Shown: positions 38,308-58,581 of the stretch, one piece after another | Position numbering within the stretch: position 1 is the stretch's first letter | Layout: each line of letters opens with the position of its first letter | DNA from: the human T2T-CHM13v2.0 reference genome, Homo sapiens | DNA: 64,000 bases | Strand: one strand, 5' to 3' | NCBI RefSeq assembly: GCF_009914755.1 | Contig: NC_060936.1 | Made by a program: the position numbers and the translations under genes | Notes under the pieces: model-generated | The model's database searches: none | What the model was told of the DNA's origin: nothing | Seen by the model: the letters and a program-made list of their open reading frames with translations, nothing else

Positions 38308-39274
38308 CTATCTTCTATTCCCTGTATCTTCTATTACCTGTATCTCTAGTCCCATAGCCCCATGACTTTGCTACACCCAAGGCACTTAGCTAAATCTGGA
38401 GAGTGGGCATTTTGGGATTAGGGATTCTTACATATTGTTTTCTATTATGTATAGCGAGTCGTTAATATTTGATGGAGTTTGTGAAAATCCATTTCCTTAG
38501 TTTTTAAAATTAAAAAAAATTGTATAGTTTGTACATCATAAAAATACCCCCAATATAAATGTACAGTTCAGTACATTCAGTGTAAATGTTCAGTAATTTT
38601 TAGTAAATTTATAGAGGCATGCAGCCATCATCACACTCTGGTGTATAATATTTCCATCCCTGCTAGAAAGTTCCTTCTGCCTGGTTGCAGTCAGCCCTGT
38701 TCCCATTCCTCGCCCCTTACGGCCACTGATTTGCTTTGTCACTATAGTTTTTGCCTTCTCCAGAAATTATTTCCTTAATAGCTTACCAATTTTATGTGTT
38801 TGATTTCTTAGCAAATTTCTCAGGTTCATCCACGTTAGTGCATGCTTTAGCAGTTCATTCTTTTTATTGAGCAGTAGTCTTTATTGCTTATCCATTCTCA
38901 GTTATAGGACATTTAGATTATTTCTAGTTTTTAGCTGTTGTGAATAAAGTGATAAAACTGTACAAGTTTTGTGTGAATATATGTATTCATTTCTTCAGTG
39001 TAGATAGCTAGATGTGGAATAACTGGGCAGTATAGTAAATTTATGTTTAACTTTTTAAGAAACCACCGAACTGTTTTCCAAAGTGGTTGTACCATTATAC
39101 ATTCCCACTGGCAGTGTTTGAAAGTCCTGTTTTTTTCTACCATCTTCACAAATATTAGGTATTTTCAGTCTTCCTATTTTAGTCCTTCTGGTGGGTGTGT
39201 AGTGGTATTATGCTTTTAATTTGCATTTCCCTAACGACTAATGCTGTTGGACATCTTTTTGTGTGCAGATTTGA

Positions 39275-39502
<228 letters not shown>

Positions 39503-39553
39503 TAGTAGAGATGGGGTTTCACCATGTTGGCCAGGCTGGTCTTGAACTCCTGA

Positions 39554-39853
<300 letters not shown>

Positions 39854-39882
39854 TAGTAGAGATGAGGTCTTCACCATGTTGA

Positions 39883-40029
<147 letters not shown>

Positions 40030-40126
40030 TAATTTTTTTAGAGATGGGGTCTCACAATGTTGCCCAGGCTGGTCTTGAACTCCTGGGCTCAAGCGATCTG
40101 CCTGCCTCAGCCTCCTGAAGTGCTAG

Positions 40127-40326
<200 letters not shown>

Positions 40327-40904
40327 TAGCTAATTTTTGTATTTTTAGTAGAGACTAAAAATTTTAGTTTTGCCATGTTGGCCAGGCTTGTCTTAAACTC
40401 CTGACCTTGTGATCTGCCTGCCTCGGCCTCCCAAAGTGCTGGGATTGCAGGCGTCAGCCACCGCACCTGGCCTAGAGTTCTTTATAAACTGAATAAAAGT
40501 CATTTATCAGCTATGTGATTGGCAAATATTTTCTCCCAGTCTGTGGCTTATCTTTTCATTTTATAATGGTGTCTTTTGAAGAGCAAAAGGTTTTAAATTT
40601 TATGAAGTCCAGTTTAGCACATTTTTTTCTTTTTCTTTTATTTTGTTAGGACAGTCTCACTCCATCACCCAGGCTGGAGTGTAGTGATGCGATCACAGTT
40701 CGCTGCAGCCATGTCCTTCTAGGCTTAAGTGATTCTCCCTCCTCAGCCTCCTGAGTAGCTGGGACCACAGGTGTCTACCACCATGTTTGGCTAATTAAAA
40801 TAACTTTTTTTTTTGTAGAGACACGGGTCCCACTGTGTAGCCCAGGCTGGTCTCCAGCTCTTGAGCTCAAGCAGTCGTCACACTTTGGCCTTCCAAAGTG
40901 CTAG

Positions 40905-43568
<2,664 letters not shown>

Positions 43569-43811
43569 TATTATCTTATCTATTAACGTAGTAGAGCTTT
43601 CCATTTCTTTAGGGCTTCTTCAGTTTCTCTAAGCAGTGTTTTCTAGTTTCCAGTGTATAAATCTATAAATCTTGCCTTTTGATAAATTTATTCTTTTTTT
43701 TTGAGACAGAGTCTCACTCTGTCTCGCAGGCTTAAGTGCAGTAGTGCAATCTCGGCTGACGGCAACCTCTGCCTCCCAGGTTCAAGCAATTCTCCTGCCT
43801 CAGCCTCCTGA

Positions 43812-44111
<300 letters not shown>

Positions 44112-44113
44112 TA

Positions 44114-44749
<636 letters not shown>

Positions 44750-45168
44750 TGACAGTTTTATCAGGAATGGGTGTTGAGTTTTTGTTAAATATTTTCCCTT
44801 CATCTATTGAGTTAATTATGTGGTTTTTGTTCTTTATTCTTAATATAGTATATGGTAATATTACGTTATTTTCAGATATTAAGCCAATCTTGCATTCCTG
44901 GTATAAACCCCACTCAGACCCACTTAGTCTGGTGTAGAATCATTCTTACATGTTGCTAGTTTCAGTTTGTTAATATTTTGTTGAGGATTGTTTAATCTAT
45001 ATTCATGATAGATACTTTCTTGTGATGCCTTTTTCGAGTTTTGGTATGAATGTAATGCTAGCTTTATAGAACAAGTTAGAAAGTATACCCTCCTCTATGG
45101 GATCATTACTATGAACATAGTAAAGATTTTCTTTTCTTTTTCTTTTTCTTTTTCTTTTTTTTTTTTGA

Positions 45169-45291
<123 letters not shown>

Positions 45292-45567
45292 TGAGGCGTG
45301 CGCCACCACGCCCAGCTAATTTTTGTATTTTTAGTGGAGATGGGGTTTCACCATGTTGGCCAGATGGTCTTGATCTCTTGACCTCGTGATCCACCTGCCT
45401 CGGCCTCCCAAAGTGCTGGGATTACAGGCATGAGCCACCGTGCTCGGCCAGTAATGATTTTCAATATGAAATAAAAGGGTATTTTACAGCCAGGTGTGGT
45501 GGCTCACATCTGTAATCCCAGTACTTTGGGAGGCCAAAGTTTGGAATACATTATTTCGTTAAATATG

Positions 45568-45780
45568 TGGTTCTCAGTGGAATGGGCAGGGATTTTACCT
45601 CTTGGGAGACATTTGGTAACATCTGGAGACATTTTTGGTTATCACAGTTGGTAGCGGGTGCTTCTGGCACCTAGTGGGTAGACGGCAGGAATGCTGCTGA
45701 ACATCCTAAAAGGCCAAGGCAACCCCACAACAGAGAACTATCTGGCTCAAAATGTCAGTGGTGCTGAGGTTGAGAAACCC
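45568..45780 (+). mobile_element. MER20 hAT element with a CTCF-like motif at 45664-45678
   Basis: GTGGTTCTCA...GACATTTGG...TGGAGACATTTTTGG...CTGGCACCTAGTGGGTAGA...GAGGTTGAGAAACCC. Confidence 0.8.
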
Positions 45781-46476
45781 AACAAATGTGTAGTATTTAC
45801 CACTGAAACCAATGTGCCTAGACTTTGTTTCATGGGAAGATACTCAGTTATTAATTCAGTTTTTTTTACTTGTTACAGGTCTATTCAGGTTTTCTTTTTC
45901 TTCTTGAGTGAGTTTTGGTAATTTCTTTCTAGAAATTTGTCCATTTTATCTAGTGCTTTAATTTGTTGGCATAAAGTCGTTCATGGTTTTCCCTTTTAAT
46001 ACTTTGATTTCTGTAAAGTCAATTGTGATGTTCCCTCTTTCCTTTCTAATATTAATAATTTGTGTCCTGCCCTTTTTGTATTGGTCAATTCAGCTAAAGG
46101 TTTGTTAACTTTGTTGATCTTTTCAAATAATCAACTTTTGGTTTTCATTGATTTTCTCTATTTTTCTGTATTCTGTTTTATAGCTCTCTGCTCAAATCTT
46201 TATTATTTTCTTCTTTCTGCTTGCTTTGAGTATAGTCTGCTCTTTTTCTACATTTTAAAGGTAGAAGGTTAGGTTAGTGATTGTGATCTTTTCTAAGGTA
46301 GGCATTTACAGCTATAAATTTCTGTTTCAGCACCACTTCAACTTCATCTCATTATTTTTGGCAAATTGTGTTTGCATTTTCATTGAGATAAAATATTTTC
46401 TAATATCTCATGTTAAATCTTCTTTGACCTCCTGGTTATTTATAAGTGTGTTGTTTAGGCCAGGTGCAGTGGCTCA

Positions 46477-47156
<680 letters not shown>

Positions 47157-47337
47157 TAATTTATTTTCAATTCATTTAGTTTTTTTTATGATCTAGAATA
47201 TGGCCTATCATAAGCCATTTCAGATTAAGACTAACTTTAAATTAATACTAATAGTTTCAGTAAAATATAGAAAATGCTCCAGTTTAGCTCCATTGTCTCC
47301 CTCTTCTTTTTTTTTTCTTTCTTTTTTTTTTTTTTGA

Positions 47338-47442
<105 letters not shown>

Positions 47443-48172
47443 TGAGTAGCTGGAATTACAAGTGTGCACCACCATGCCTGTCTAATTTTTGTATTTTTAG
47501 TAGAGATGGGGTTTCACCATTTTGGCCAGGCTGGTCTCAAACTCCTGACCTCAGGTGATCCACCTGCCTTGGCCTCCCAAAATGCCAGGGTTACAGGTGT
47601 GAGCCACTGTGCTCAGCCTTCTCCCTCTTCTTTTGTGTTACTGTTGTCTATGTATTATATATGTATATATTACAAACCAGAAAATACAGTGTTGTAGTTA
47701 TTTGTTTATGCAGTTAAATCTTATGTGTTTTAAATAAGAGAGAAAGGAATAAAATATATTTACAGCCTTTTATGTTAACCTACAGTATATTTACCATTTT
47801 TGTTATTCTTCATTTTTTCCCTCTTGATCCAAGTTACTATCTGATGTAATTTCTCTGTTGATTTTCTGGATATGTATTTTTGAAATGCTTTTATGAGGAT
47901 TATAATATGCATCTTTAATTTATCACAGTCCACTTTGGGTTAAAATTGACTAAAGTCTGGTAATATACAGCACCTTTGCTCCAAGGTAGCTCTATTTCCT
48001 CCTTTCTCCCTTGTGTTCTTATTGTCATGTATATCTTTATATGTTATAACCTATCTTATGTATATTTATGAAATTAAGAGAAGAAAATAATTTTTTCCAT
48101 GTTTACCTGTTCTAGTACTTTCTGTTCCTTCTTGTGGATCCAAGTTTTCTTTTTTCTTTTTTTTTTTTTTGA

Positions 48173-48432
<260 letters not shown>

Positions 48433-48855
48433 TAGGATTACAGACGTGAGCCACCGTGCCCGGCCTGATCCAAGTTCTCATACAGTAGCATTGCCATTCT
48501 CTCCAAAGGACTTCCTTTGGTAGTTCTTGTAGGCCAAGTCTACTAGCAGTGAATTCTTTCAGTGTTTATTTATTTGATAATGCCTTTATTTCACTGTTAA
48601 TTTTTGAGGGATAGTTTTGTTCAATATAGAATTTATGCTTGACAGTTGTTTTTTCAGTACTTTCATTATGTGATTCTACTGTCTTCTGGCTTGCATTGTT
48701 TCTGATGAAAAGTCAGCCATTATTTATATTGCTGTCCATGATTTGTCATTTTTTCCCTTCGTACTTACATTATTTTCTCTTTCTCTTTCAGTGTTTTTTT
48801 TTGTGTGTGTGTGTTTGTGTGTGTGTGTGAGACAGGGTCTTGCTCTGTTGCCTAG

Positions 48856-49035
<180 letters not shown>

Positions 49036-49434
49036 TGAACTCCTGACTTCAAGTGATCCTCACCCTGCAGCCTCCCAAAGTGCTGGGATTACAGGCGTGA
49101 GCAACTGCACCTGGTCTTGTCTTTCAGTGTTTTGACTGTGGTATGTCTAGGTGTGGTTCTTTTTGTGTTTATCTTATTTAGAGTTTGTTGAGCTTCTTGG
49201 AGGCCATAGGTTATTACTGTTCATCAAGTTGGGGAAGGTTTTGCCTATTATTTCTTCAAATATTCCCACCTCCCCCATCTTCACCCCTCTTTGGCTCTCC
49301 CATTACACATATGTTGGAACGCTTGACATTATTCTACAGGTCTCATTTTTCTTTAATCTTTTTTCTGTCTATTCTTTGGATTTGATCATTTCTTTCTATG
49401 TATTTTCATGTTCACTAATTATTCTGTCACCTGA

Positions 49435-49689
<255 letters not shown>

Positions 49690-50191
49690 TGATCCGCCCG
49701 CCTTGGCCTCCTAAAGTGCTGGGATTACAGGCGTGAGCCACCGTGCTCAGCCTGTTGAGCACCTCTGATCAGTTTTTCATGCCAGTCATTATAATTTTTA
49801 ACTCTAGAATTTCCATGTGGTTCCTCTTCATTTTTTCTGTTTCTCGGCTGAAAATCTCTATTTATCATTATTTTTTACTTCGTCATCAGTTTTCTTTAAT
49901 TCTTTGGACGTTTAAAATAGTTGCTTTTAAGTGCAACTACTTGCTCAATCTAGTATCTGCATCCAATCAGAGATGGATGCTATTGATTTCTCTTTTTCCT
50001 GAGCTTAGGTGACACTTTCCTGGTTTTTACAAGTCTAGTAATTTTGGTTGAAAACTGGACATTTAGATAATATAGCAACTCTGGATTCTGAGTTTTCCCC
50101 CCTGTGGCTTGTTATATTTACAGTTAATTGCTTAGAATTAAACCAGAATCTATTTTTCCTTTGGTGTGCTAATGTCTCTGCTTAGTTTTAA

Positions 50192-50577
<386 letters not shown>

Positions 50578-50586
50578 TGAGACTGA

Positions 50587-50685
<99 letters not shown>

Positions 50686-50770
50686 TGAGTAGCTGAGATT
50701 ACAGGTGCCCACCACCATGCCCGGCTAATTTTGTAATTTTAGTAGAGACGGGGTTTCATCATGTTGGTCA

Positions 50771-50980
<210 letters not shown>

Positions 50981-51132
50981 TCAAAAGAAAATAAAATATT
51001 TTCATTTTTTCTTCCCAGCCTGGCTTTTGGTGGGTTGTCCCTGTATCTGTTTAACTTAGTTGTCAGCCAGTGATTTGGGCAGAGGTTCTCAAATACTTTC
51101 AGCCCCTGAGGCTTTTACCCTATCCTGATCAA

Positions 51133-51169
51133 CTTACAGTCAAATGCTCTACTGCTGAGCTATACCCCC
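51133..51169 (-). pseudogene. 5' half of tRNA-Cys(GCA), tailless retrocopy
   Basis: Minus strand reads GGGGGTATAGCTCAGCAGTAGAGCATTTGACTGTAAG versus tRNA-Cys GGGGGTATAGCTCAGTGGTAGAGCATTTGACTGCAG; flanked by the direct repeat CTGATCAA. Confidence 0.8.
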
Positions 51170-51729
51170 CTGATCAATGTGTATGTGGGTTTGGAGAAAC
51201 TCTAAAAAATTGCTGCTGGCTCTAAAGTCTCCTTTGGTTTTCAGTTTTTCCTGGTTCTCTTAGGTATAATTTCCCAGTCAGTGATGGTCATGTGAAGAGC
51301 TTAACTCAGACTTTCTATGGCTCTGTTTCAGGATTTTCCCATTAAATCTCTGGATGTTCTGCCCATCTAACAAAGACAACTGCCAAAGCTGTTCATTTCC
51401 ATCCACATTCACCACTTTTAGCTGGTAGATCCATGAATTTTCTTCCTCACCCCAAATTGAGTCCACCCCCTAGAGCAGCAGAACTGCTGATTTTCATAGC
51501 TGGCCCCATGTTGGGAAAACTAGCATTGTCACCAGCTGACTATGCTGTAAGCAGTGGGGATAGAGGAGTAGAAGGATGGCAGGATCCTAGGCTAGAAAGC
51601 TTACTATTTTTACCTGAACCTCTAGCAGATTTTCAAGAATCTGTACTTCTCAGTTTGTTTGATTTACACTGTATTGAAATAGTTCTTTCTGACAATTTTA
51701 ATTTTTAACTTTTCCATTGTGGCGAGGAA

Positions 51730-51828
51730 TTGCCTACCACTTCATGCTGTGAATACAAGAATTTCTATGCCTGTAATCCCAGCACAGGCATGGAAATTCT
51801 TGTATTCACAGCATGAAGTGGTAGGCAA
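51730..51828. repeat. 45-bp inverted repeat with a 9-nt loop
   Basis: Arms 51730-51774 and 51784-51828 are reverse complements at 44/45 positions. Confidence 0.95.
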
Positions 51829-52219
51829 GTGAGGCCGAGGCAGGCAGATCACTTGAGGTCAGGAGTTCGAGACCAGCCTGGCCAACACGGTGAAACCCTG
51901 TCTCCACTAAAAGTACAAAAATTAGCTGGGTGCAGTGGTGGGCACCTGTAATACCAGCTACTCAGGAGGCTGAGGCAGGAAAAGCTTGAACCCAGGAGGT
52001 GGAGGTTGGCGTGAGCCGAGATCGCGCCACTGCACACCAGCCTGGGCAACAAGAGCGAGACTCCGTCTAAAAAAAAAAATAATTTCCATTTTTTCTTAGT
52101 TTTTGAGCTTCAGAGAATGACTAGGGTCTGCCTTACTAGAGATAAAGGTAAGAATAGAGGACTAATGCCCAGGCCACTTCTCAAACAAGTAGTATTAGAA
52201 TCCCCTTTGTGTCAGGTAG

Positions 52220-52474
<255 letters not shown>

Positions 52475-52613
52475 TGATCTGCCTGCTTCAGCCTCCCAAA
52501 GTGCTGGGATTATGGGCATGAGCCACCATGCCCGGCCTGCATCAGGTAGCTTTAAAAAAATCTTCTCAGGCGATTGTGATGTGCAGTTATTGTTGAGATC
52601 CAGCAGTTTAGAA

Positions 52614-52822
52614 CAGTGTTTAGAAAAGCAAGCTTTCTCTGTAAAGGGTGATATAGGAAATATTTTAGGTTTTGCGGTCCCTGTGGTCTCTGTTCCAACC
52701 CCTCAACTCTGTTGTTGTAGTGTGAAAGCAGCCAAAGACAGTATGAAAGCGAGTAGATATGGCTATATTCCAATACACTTTATTTGCAAAAACAGGCAAT
52801 GGCTGAATTTGCTGACCCCTTG
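52614..52822 (+). mobile_element. MER58A-like hAT MITE
   Basis: TCTGTAAAGGG...AAATATTTTAGG...CTCAACTCTG...GAAAGCAGCCA...TTTGCTGACCCCT. Confidence 0.75.
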
Positions 52823-53227
52823 TCTTGGAGAATTCTCAAAAATGATTTTATTCCAAGTGTTTGTATCCTTGTTAATTTAAGGTAGTGTGTATATTTCTTA
52901 GCACAACCCAGCCTTTGCATTTGTCATTGATGTCTTTGAAGAATTAGTCCATAATTTCCTTCAGTAGAAGTGTTTTAATTGACCATGCCTTCCTACCTTC
53001 TCCTTTGTCATTAAAATATGTGAGAAAATGTGCCAGCCGTGGGCAATCTAGTTGAAAGGTGTGTGTTAACTTTTTTGGCCCAGTTGGGCTCAGTGAAGCC
53101 TTAGCTGGCTAGTGTTTATGGCACCATCAACAAAGATGGAAGAATTAAGCCTGGGAAAAAGGACAGGAGGTATAAAAAATGGGGTCCAGAAATTCAGCTG
53201 TAGGAGAGCCTGGTAGTGGTTCTCCTA

Positions 53228-53638
<411 letters not shown>

Positions 53639-56161
53639 TCAGACAACTTATTTTTACATCCGAGGGGTTGGGCATATGAACTCTGATTATAATGAATAGT
53701 TCAGTAGAACAAATCTTATTTTCCATAGAGTCTACTGTGAGTGTATGATTCCATTAGTTGAGTGGAACAGTTTTTACCACGATGCTTAAATTCTGCTTCA
53801 ACTCCCTCCTTCCCACTACTCTATTCCCCTGGGTCTCGTCAGATACTCCTAAGTCAAACAGGTCATGTAGCAGATAAGTGAAGGAAGTAGGCAGGTTAAG
53901 TGGGTAGGTTTGAGTTCTGTTGAGGAGGTGGTGAGTGAAGATGGAGCCTAGGACCTCTCTGATTGGGCAGTACTTGTTCCTAATCTTTATGCTGGGGCCT
54001 GGGCAGTTACCCTTAATAGATGGAAAGGTGCTTAGGGTAGGGGATGGTAGAGGACGCCAGAGCCATAGATTATAGCCTAGATAGTGCCCATAACTCACTG
54101 TGTGACCTTGACAAGCTCCATAATCCTGACGCACAGTTTTTCAGAAGGGAGTTTGTATAGCGATCTTTTGGGTCCTCCTAACTCAATATCCCTTCATCAC
54201 AAGGCTTTAGTCTGCCTTTCTAGGGATTAATTCCTTTCTAGTCATTCATTCCATAGTTATTTACTGTATGCTGAGAACCTTTACCAAGAATTGGACACAG
54301 AAAGGGGTGGAGATGAAGACTTTCCAAGCCTGGCACATTCACTGGATAGAGGCCTTGTTTTCATACCTGAACTTAGCCTGGTATACTAGCTGCTCAGTGA
54401 GTGTGTATTACGTAAGCAAATATCCTATTCCTGTATACTAGCGAGCGGGATTCTTGTGCTACATAGTCTATCAGATTTTCATTGCAACAAAACAACGTGA
54501 AAGTCTTATGGATTTTGATTTTTTTTTTTTTTTTTGAGATGGAGTTTTGCTCTTGTCGCCCATGCTGGAGTGCAATGGCGTGATCTTGGCCCACAGCAAC
54601 TTCTGCCTCCTGGGTTCAAGCCACTCTTCTGCCTCAGCTTCCTGAGTAGCTGGGATTACAGGCATGCGCCACCATGCCTGGCTAATTTTGTATTTTTAGT
54701 AGAGATGGGGATTCTCCATGTTGGTCAGGCTGGTCTTGAACTCCCACCTCAGGTGATCCTCCCACCTCGGCCTCCCAAAGTGCTGGGATTACAGGCATGA
54801 GCCACTGTGCCCGGCAGGATTTTGATTTCTTAAGGTCTGCAGTTGGTTTCCTATTTTACCTGTGGAAGCCTGCAAAAATGAATTTTAGACTATCACAATT
54901 TAAATATGTGACTTTCTTGCCTGTAACCCCAGCTATTTGAGAGGCTGAGGCAGGAGGATTGCTTGAAGTCAGGAGTTTGAAACCAACCTGGGCAACATAG
55001 CAAGACCCTGTCTCTAAAAAAAGAAAAAAGAAAAAAATTAGCCAGATGCTGTGGTGTGTGCCTGTTTTCCTAGTTACTTGGGAGGCTGAGGTGGTAGGAT
55101 CATTTGAGCCCAAGAGTTCAAGGCTGCAGTGAGAAATGATCACACCACTGCACTCCAGCCTGGGTGACCCTCGGTCTTCTCGGCTCACTGCAGTCTCCAC
55201 CTCCTGGGTTCAAGCAATTCTCCTGCCTCAGCCTCCCGAGTAGCTGGGACTATAGGCACGCGCCACCACGCCCAGCTAATTTTCGTAGTTTTTAGTAGAC
55301 ACGGGGTTTCACCATGTTGGCCAGGATGGTCTTGATACCTTGACCTCATGATCTGCCTGCCTTGGCCTCCTAAAGTGCTGGGATTACAGGTGTGAGCCCG
55401 GCCGAGACCCTGTCTCTTATAATAAATAAGTGAGTGAATGAATTAATTAATTAAATTCTTTTTTATCTAAAAGCATATGGCAACAGAGGCTAACATGCAA
55501 TAGTTAGCCAAGAATTCCATTACAACTTTCATTAAACTGTAGAGGCTCTATCCTAAACTGTTGAAAGTTATTTATATCAGAAATATACTTACATAATGAA
55601 ATTGACAGAATATATCTGTACACAAAATGGTGGTGTTGGAAATTAGATGTTTACTATGATATTGATTAGTTACTATTTTTTTTGAACTTTTAAGTCTCAG
55701 TTTATTCAGTTATTCCAATAATGTAATCAACTTGTTCAGGGATATAGGCCTCTACAGCTTGGCAGCATATATCTGACTAGTCTTTCTAGAATCTCATAAA
55801 ATATACTTGACCATTGTAGCAAAGAGGCATTTAGTAATTGATGCATTTTGAAAGAGTATCTTCCTCTCAGAACCCCCCAAAAGCATTGATTGTCTATGGA
55901 AATGTACCTTATAGATGAGCTGAATAATTTCCTTTTATCGTGAAGTCTTTGCTTTCTTGTTGGAAAATTGGGAAACAATGTCTGAGTCATTGTCATTTAG
56001 ACAAAATGTCATAAAGCCCTGTAGAACACAAAGTTCTGCTTATCAGATTCTCTTAGAAGATGAGCTGTTGAGTGACAGGTCTTCTGTTGTCCCATCTCTG
56101 CTTATTCAGTTTGTTAACTGAGGAATCATTCTCTGTCCTCTCCCTTTTTTTATATTAATAG

Positions 56162-56235
56162 GAAACTTCCATTTTAGAAGAATACAGTATCAATTGGACT
56201 CAGAAGCTGGGAGCTGGAATTAGTGGTCCAGTTAG
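56162..56235 (+). CDS. MAPKAPK5: MAPKAPK5 exon 2 (ETSILEEYSINWTQKLGAGISGPV(R)), Gly-rich loop
   Basis: TAG acceptor, AG|GTAAGA donor, 74 nt, in frame with exon 1. Confidence 0.96.
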
Positions 56236-56530
56236 GTAAGAGATCCATATGAGAAACTATGGCAAATTGTTGGCATGTGCAAACTCTGAGAAGGGCCATT
56301 TGAAATACATCTTGAATTAGACACATCAGGTGTGCCAGATTTGAGGAATAGGCTGAATTTAACAAGTACAGGTTTTTATGTTAGGCTTTTTCTCATGTAT
56401 TTAGGAATTAGTTAAGAGTGACTGAGTCGCATGGTCTTTTTATAGAGTCATTTAAGATGTCGAGACTGGCCAGGCGCGGTGGCTCATGCCTGTTATCCCA
56501 GAACTTTGGGAGGCTGAGGCAGGCGGATCA

Positions 56531-56824
<294 letters not shown>

Positions 56825-57067
56825 TTATTTTTTCATTGACCCACAGCCCCAAAAGCATGGCTTAGAAGCTGAGGCCTGAGCATTGGCTGCTGGGCAGAGG
56901 GGTGAGATGCTTCTTTCCCCCACCTGCTACCCTTGGGGGCAAGTTTGTTCTGGATGCACCTGGCCATATCCTTGATGAGAAGTACAAATCTCAAAGAAAA
57001 AGCTTGTTAAATTAATTTTCATTCTAACATATATGATCTCTGATTGATTTTTTTTCTCCAAATCTAG

Positions 57068-57143
57068 AGTCTGTGTAAAGAAATCTACTCAAGAACGGTT
57101 TGCGCTGAAAATTCTTCTTGATCGTCCAAAAGCTAGAAATGAG
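57068..57143 (+). CDS. MAPKAPK5: MAPKAPK5 exon 3 (VCVKKSTQERFALKILLDRPKARNE), catalytic Lys
   Basis: TAG acceptor, GAG|GTATGC donor, 76 nt, phase 2 to phase 0. Confidence 0.96.
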
Positions 57144-57454
57144 GTATGCTTTATTGCCTCGACTTAATTAAATAGTTGAAGTGCCTAAGAATTGTTCTTT
57201 TGCAAGTAAGGCAGCTTCCTAGAGAGAATACAGTGATGCATAAAAAGTTTTATGTCCAAACTTTACCTCTCTTCCCCATTCATGCTATCTTAGTAAAGTA
57301 GTCCTAGATCTGTCAATATCAAAGGCCATTGAGTCATTTCCTTTCAGCCACCTCTTGTTCTTTTAAAATTAATGTGATTCTTGTACCCTCATGTATTCAG
57401 ATTTACCTCAGTTTTGCTTATTGAAGAAGGTACTTAAAGGTGGAGATAAAATAG

Positions 57455-57717
<263 letters not shown>

Positions 57718-58483
57718 TGATCAGGTTGGCCTTGAACTCCTGACCTCAGGTGATCCATCCGCCTCGGCCTCTCAAAGTGCTGGGATTACAGGCGTGAGCC
57801 ACTGTGCCCGGCCTTTAGTTTTTAAAAATATACATTGGGTTTGTTTTTGTTTCTGTTTGAAACCGAGTCTTGCTCTGTCACCCAGGCTGGAATGCAGTGG
57901 CACGATCATGGCTCACTGCAGCCTTGACCTCCTTAAGCTCAAGTGATCCTTCTACCTCAGCCTCCTGAGTAGCTGGGACCACAGGCATTTGCCACCATGC
58001 CTGGCTAATTTTGTTTGTATTTTTTGTAGACATGGGGTTTTGCATGTTGCCCAGGCTGGTCTCAAACTCCTGGGCTCAAGTGATCCACTTTGGCCTCCCA
58101 AAGTGTTGGGATTACAGGTGTGAGCCACTGCCCCTGGTTATACATTGGTTTTAAACTATCTGGATATGGTAATGACATTCTAATAACATGTGCAATGAAG
58201 GACTTCTTTTGCATAAAGAAATGCAAATAATTTCTAAAATGAAATGAATTGTTTGCCAGATTTTCATTTGCAAATAAATGGAACAGTAGGAAGTAAATCT
58301 GTTGGTGAGTTTTTATTCATGGAAAAAGCATTAAGGAGATAATCTTTGAAAACACTGGGTTTTTACATCATTCTAAGTGATAAAGTTTTTATTGTAATTA
58401 GCTTGTACCTAGTATGGTCAGTTTTTGGAGAGAAAATGTTGGTATCCCCTACCTATTGATACATTTCCTCTGTTCTCTTTAAG

Positions 58484-58581
58484 GTACGTCTGCACATGAT
58501 GTGTGCCACACACCCAAACATAGTTCAGATTATTGAAGTGTTTGCTAACAGTGTCCAGTTTCCCCATGAGTCCAGCCCTAG
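58484..58581 (+). CDS. MAPKAPK5: MAPKAPK5 exon 4 (VRLHMMCATHPNIVQIIEVFANSVQFPHESSP(R))
   Basis: AAG acceptor, AG|GTAAGA donor, 98 nt, HPNIV motif. Confidence 0.96.

Noticed and set aside
51133-51169. Functional tRNA gene
   Set aside because: Only the 5' half is present, with no T-arm/B-box and no 3' acceptor strand.
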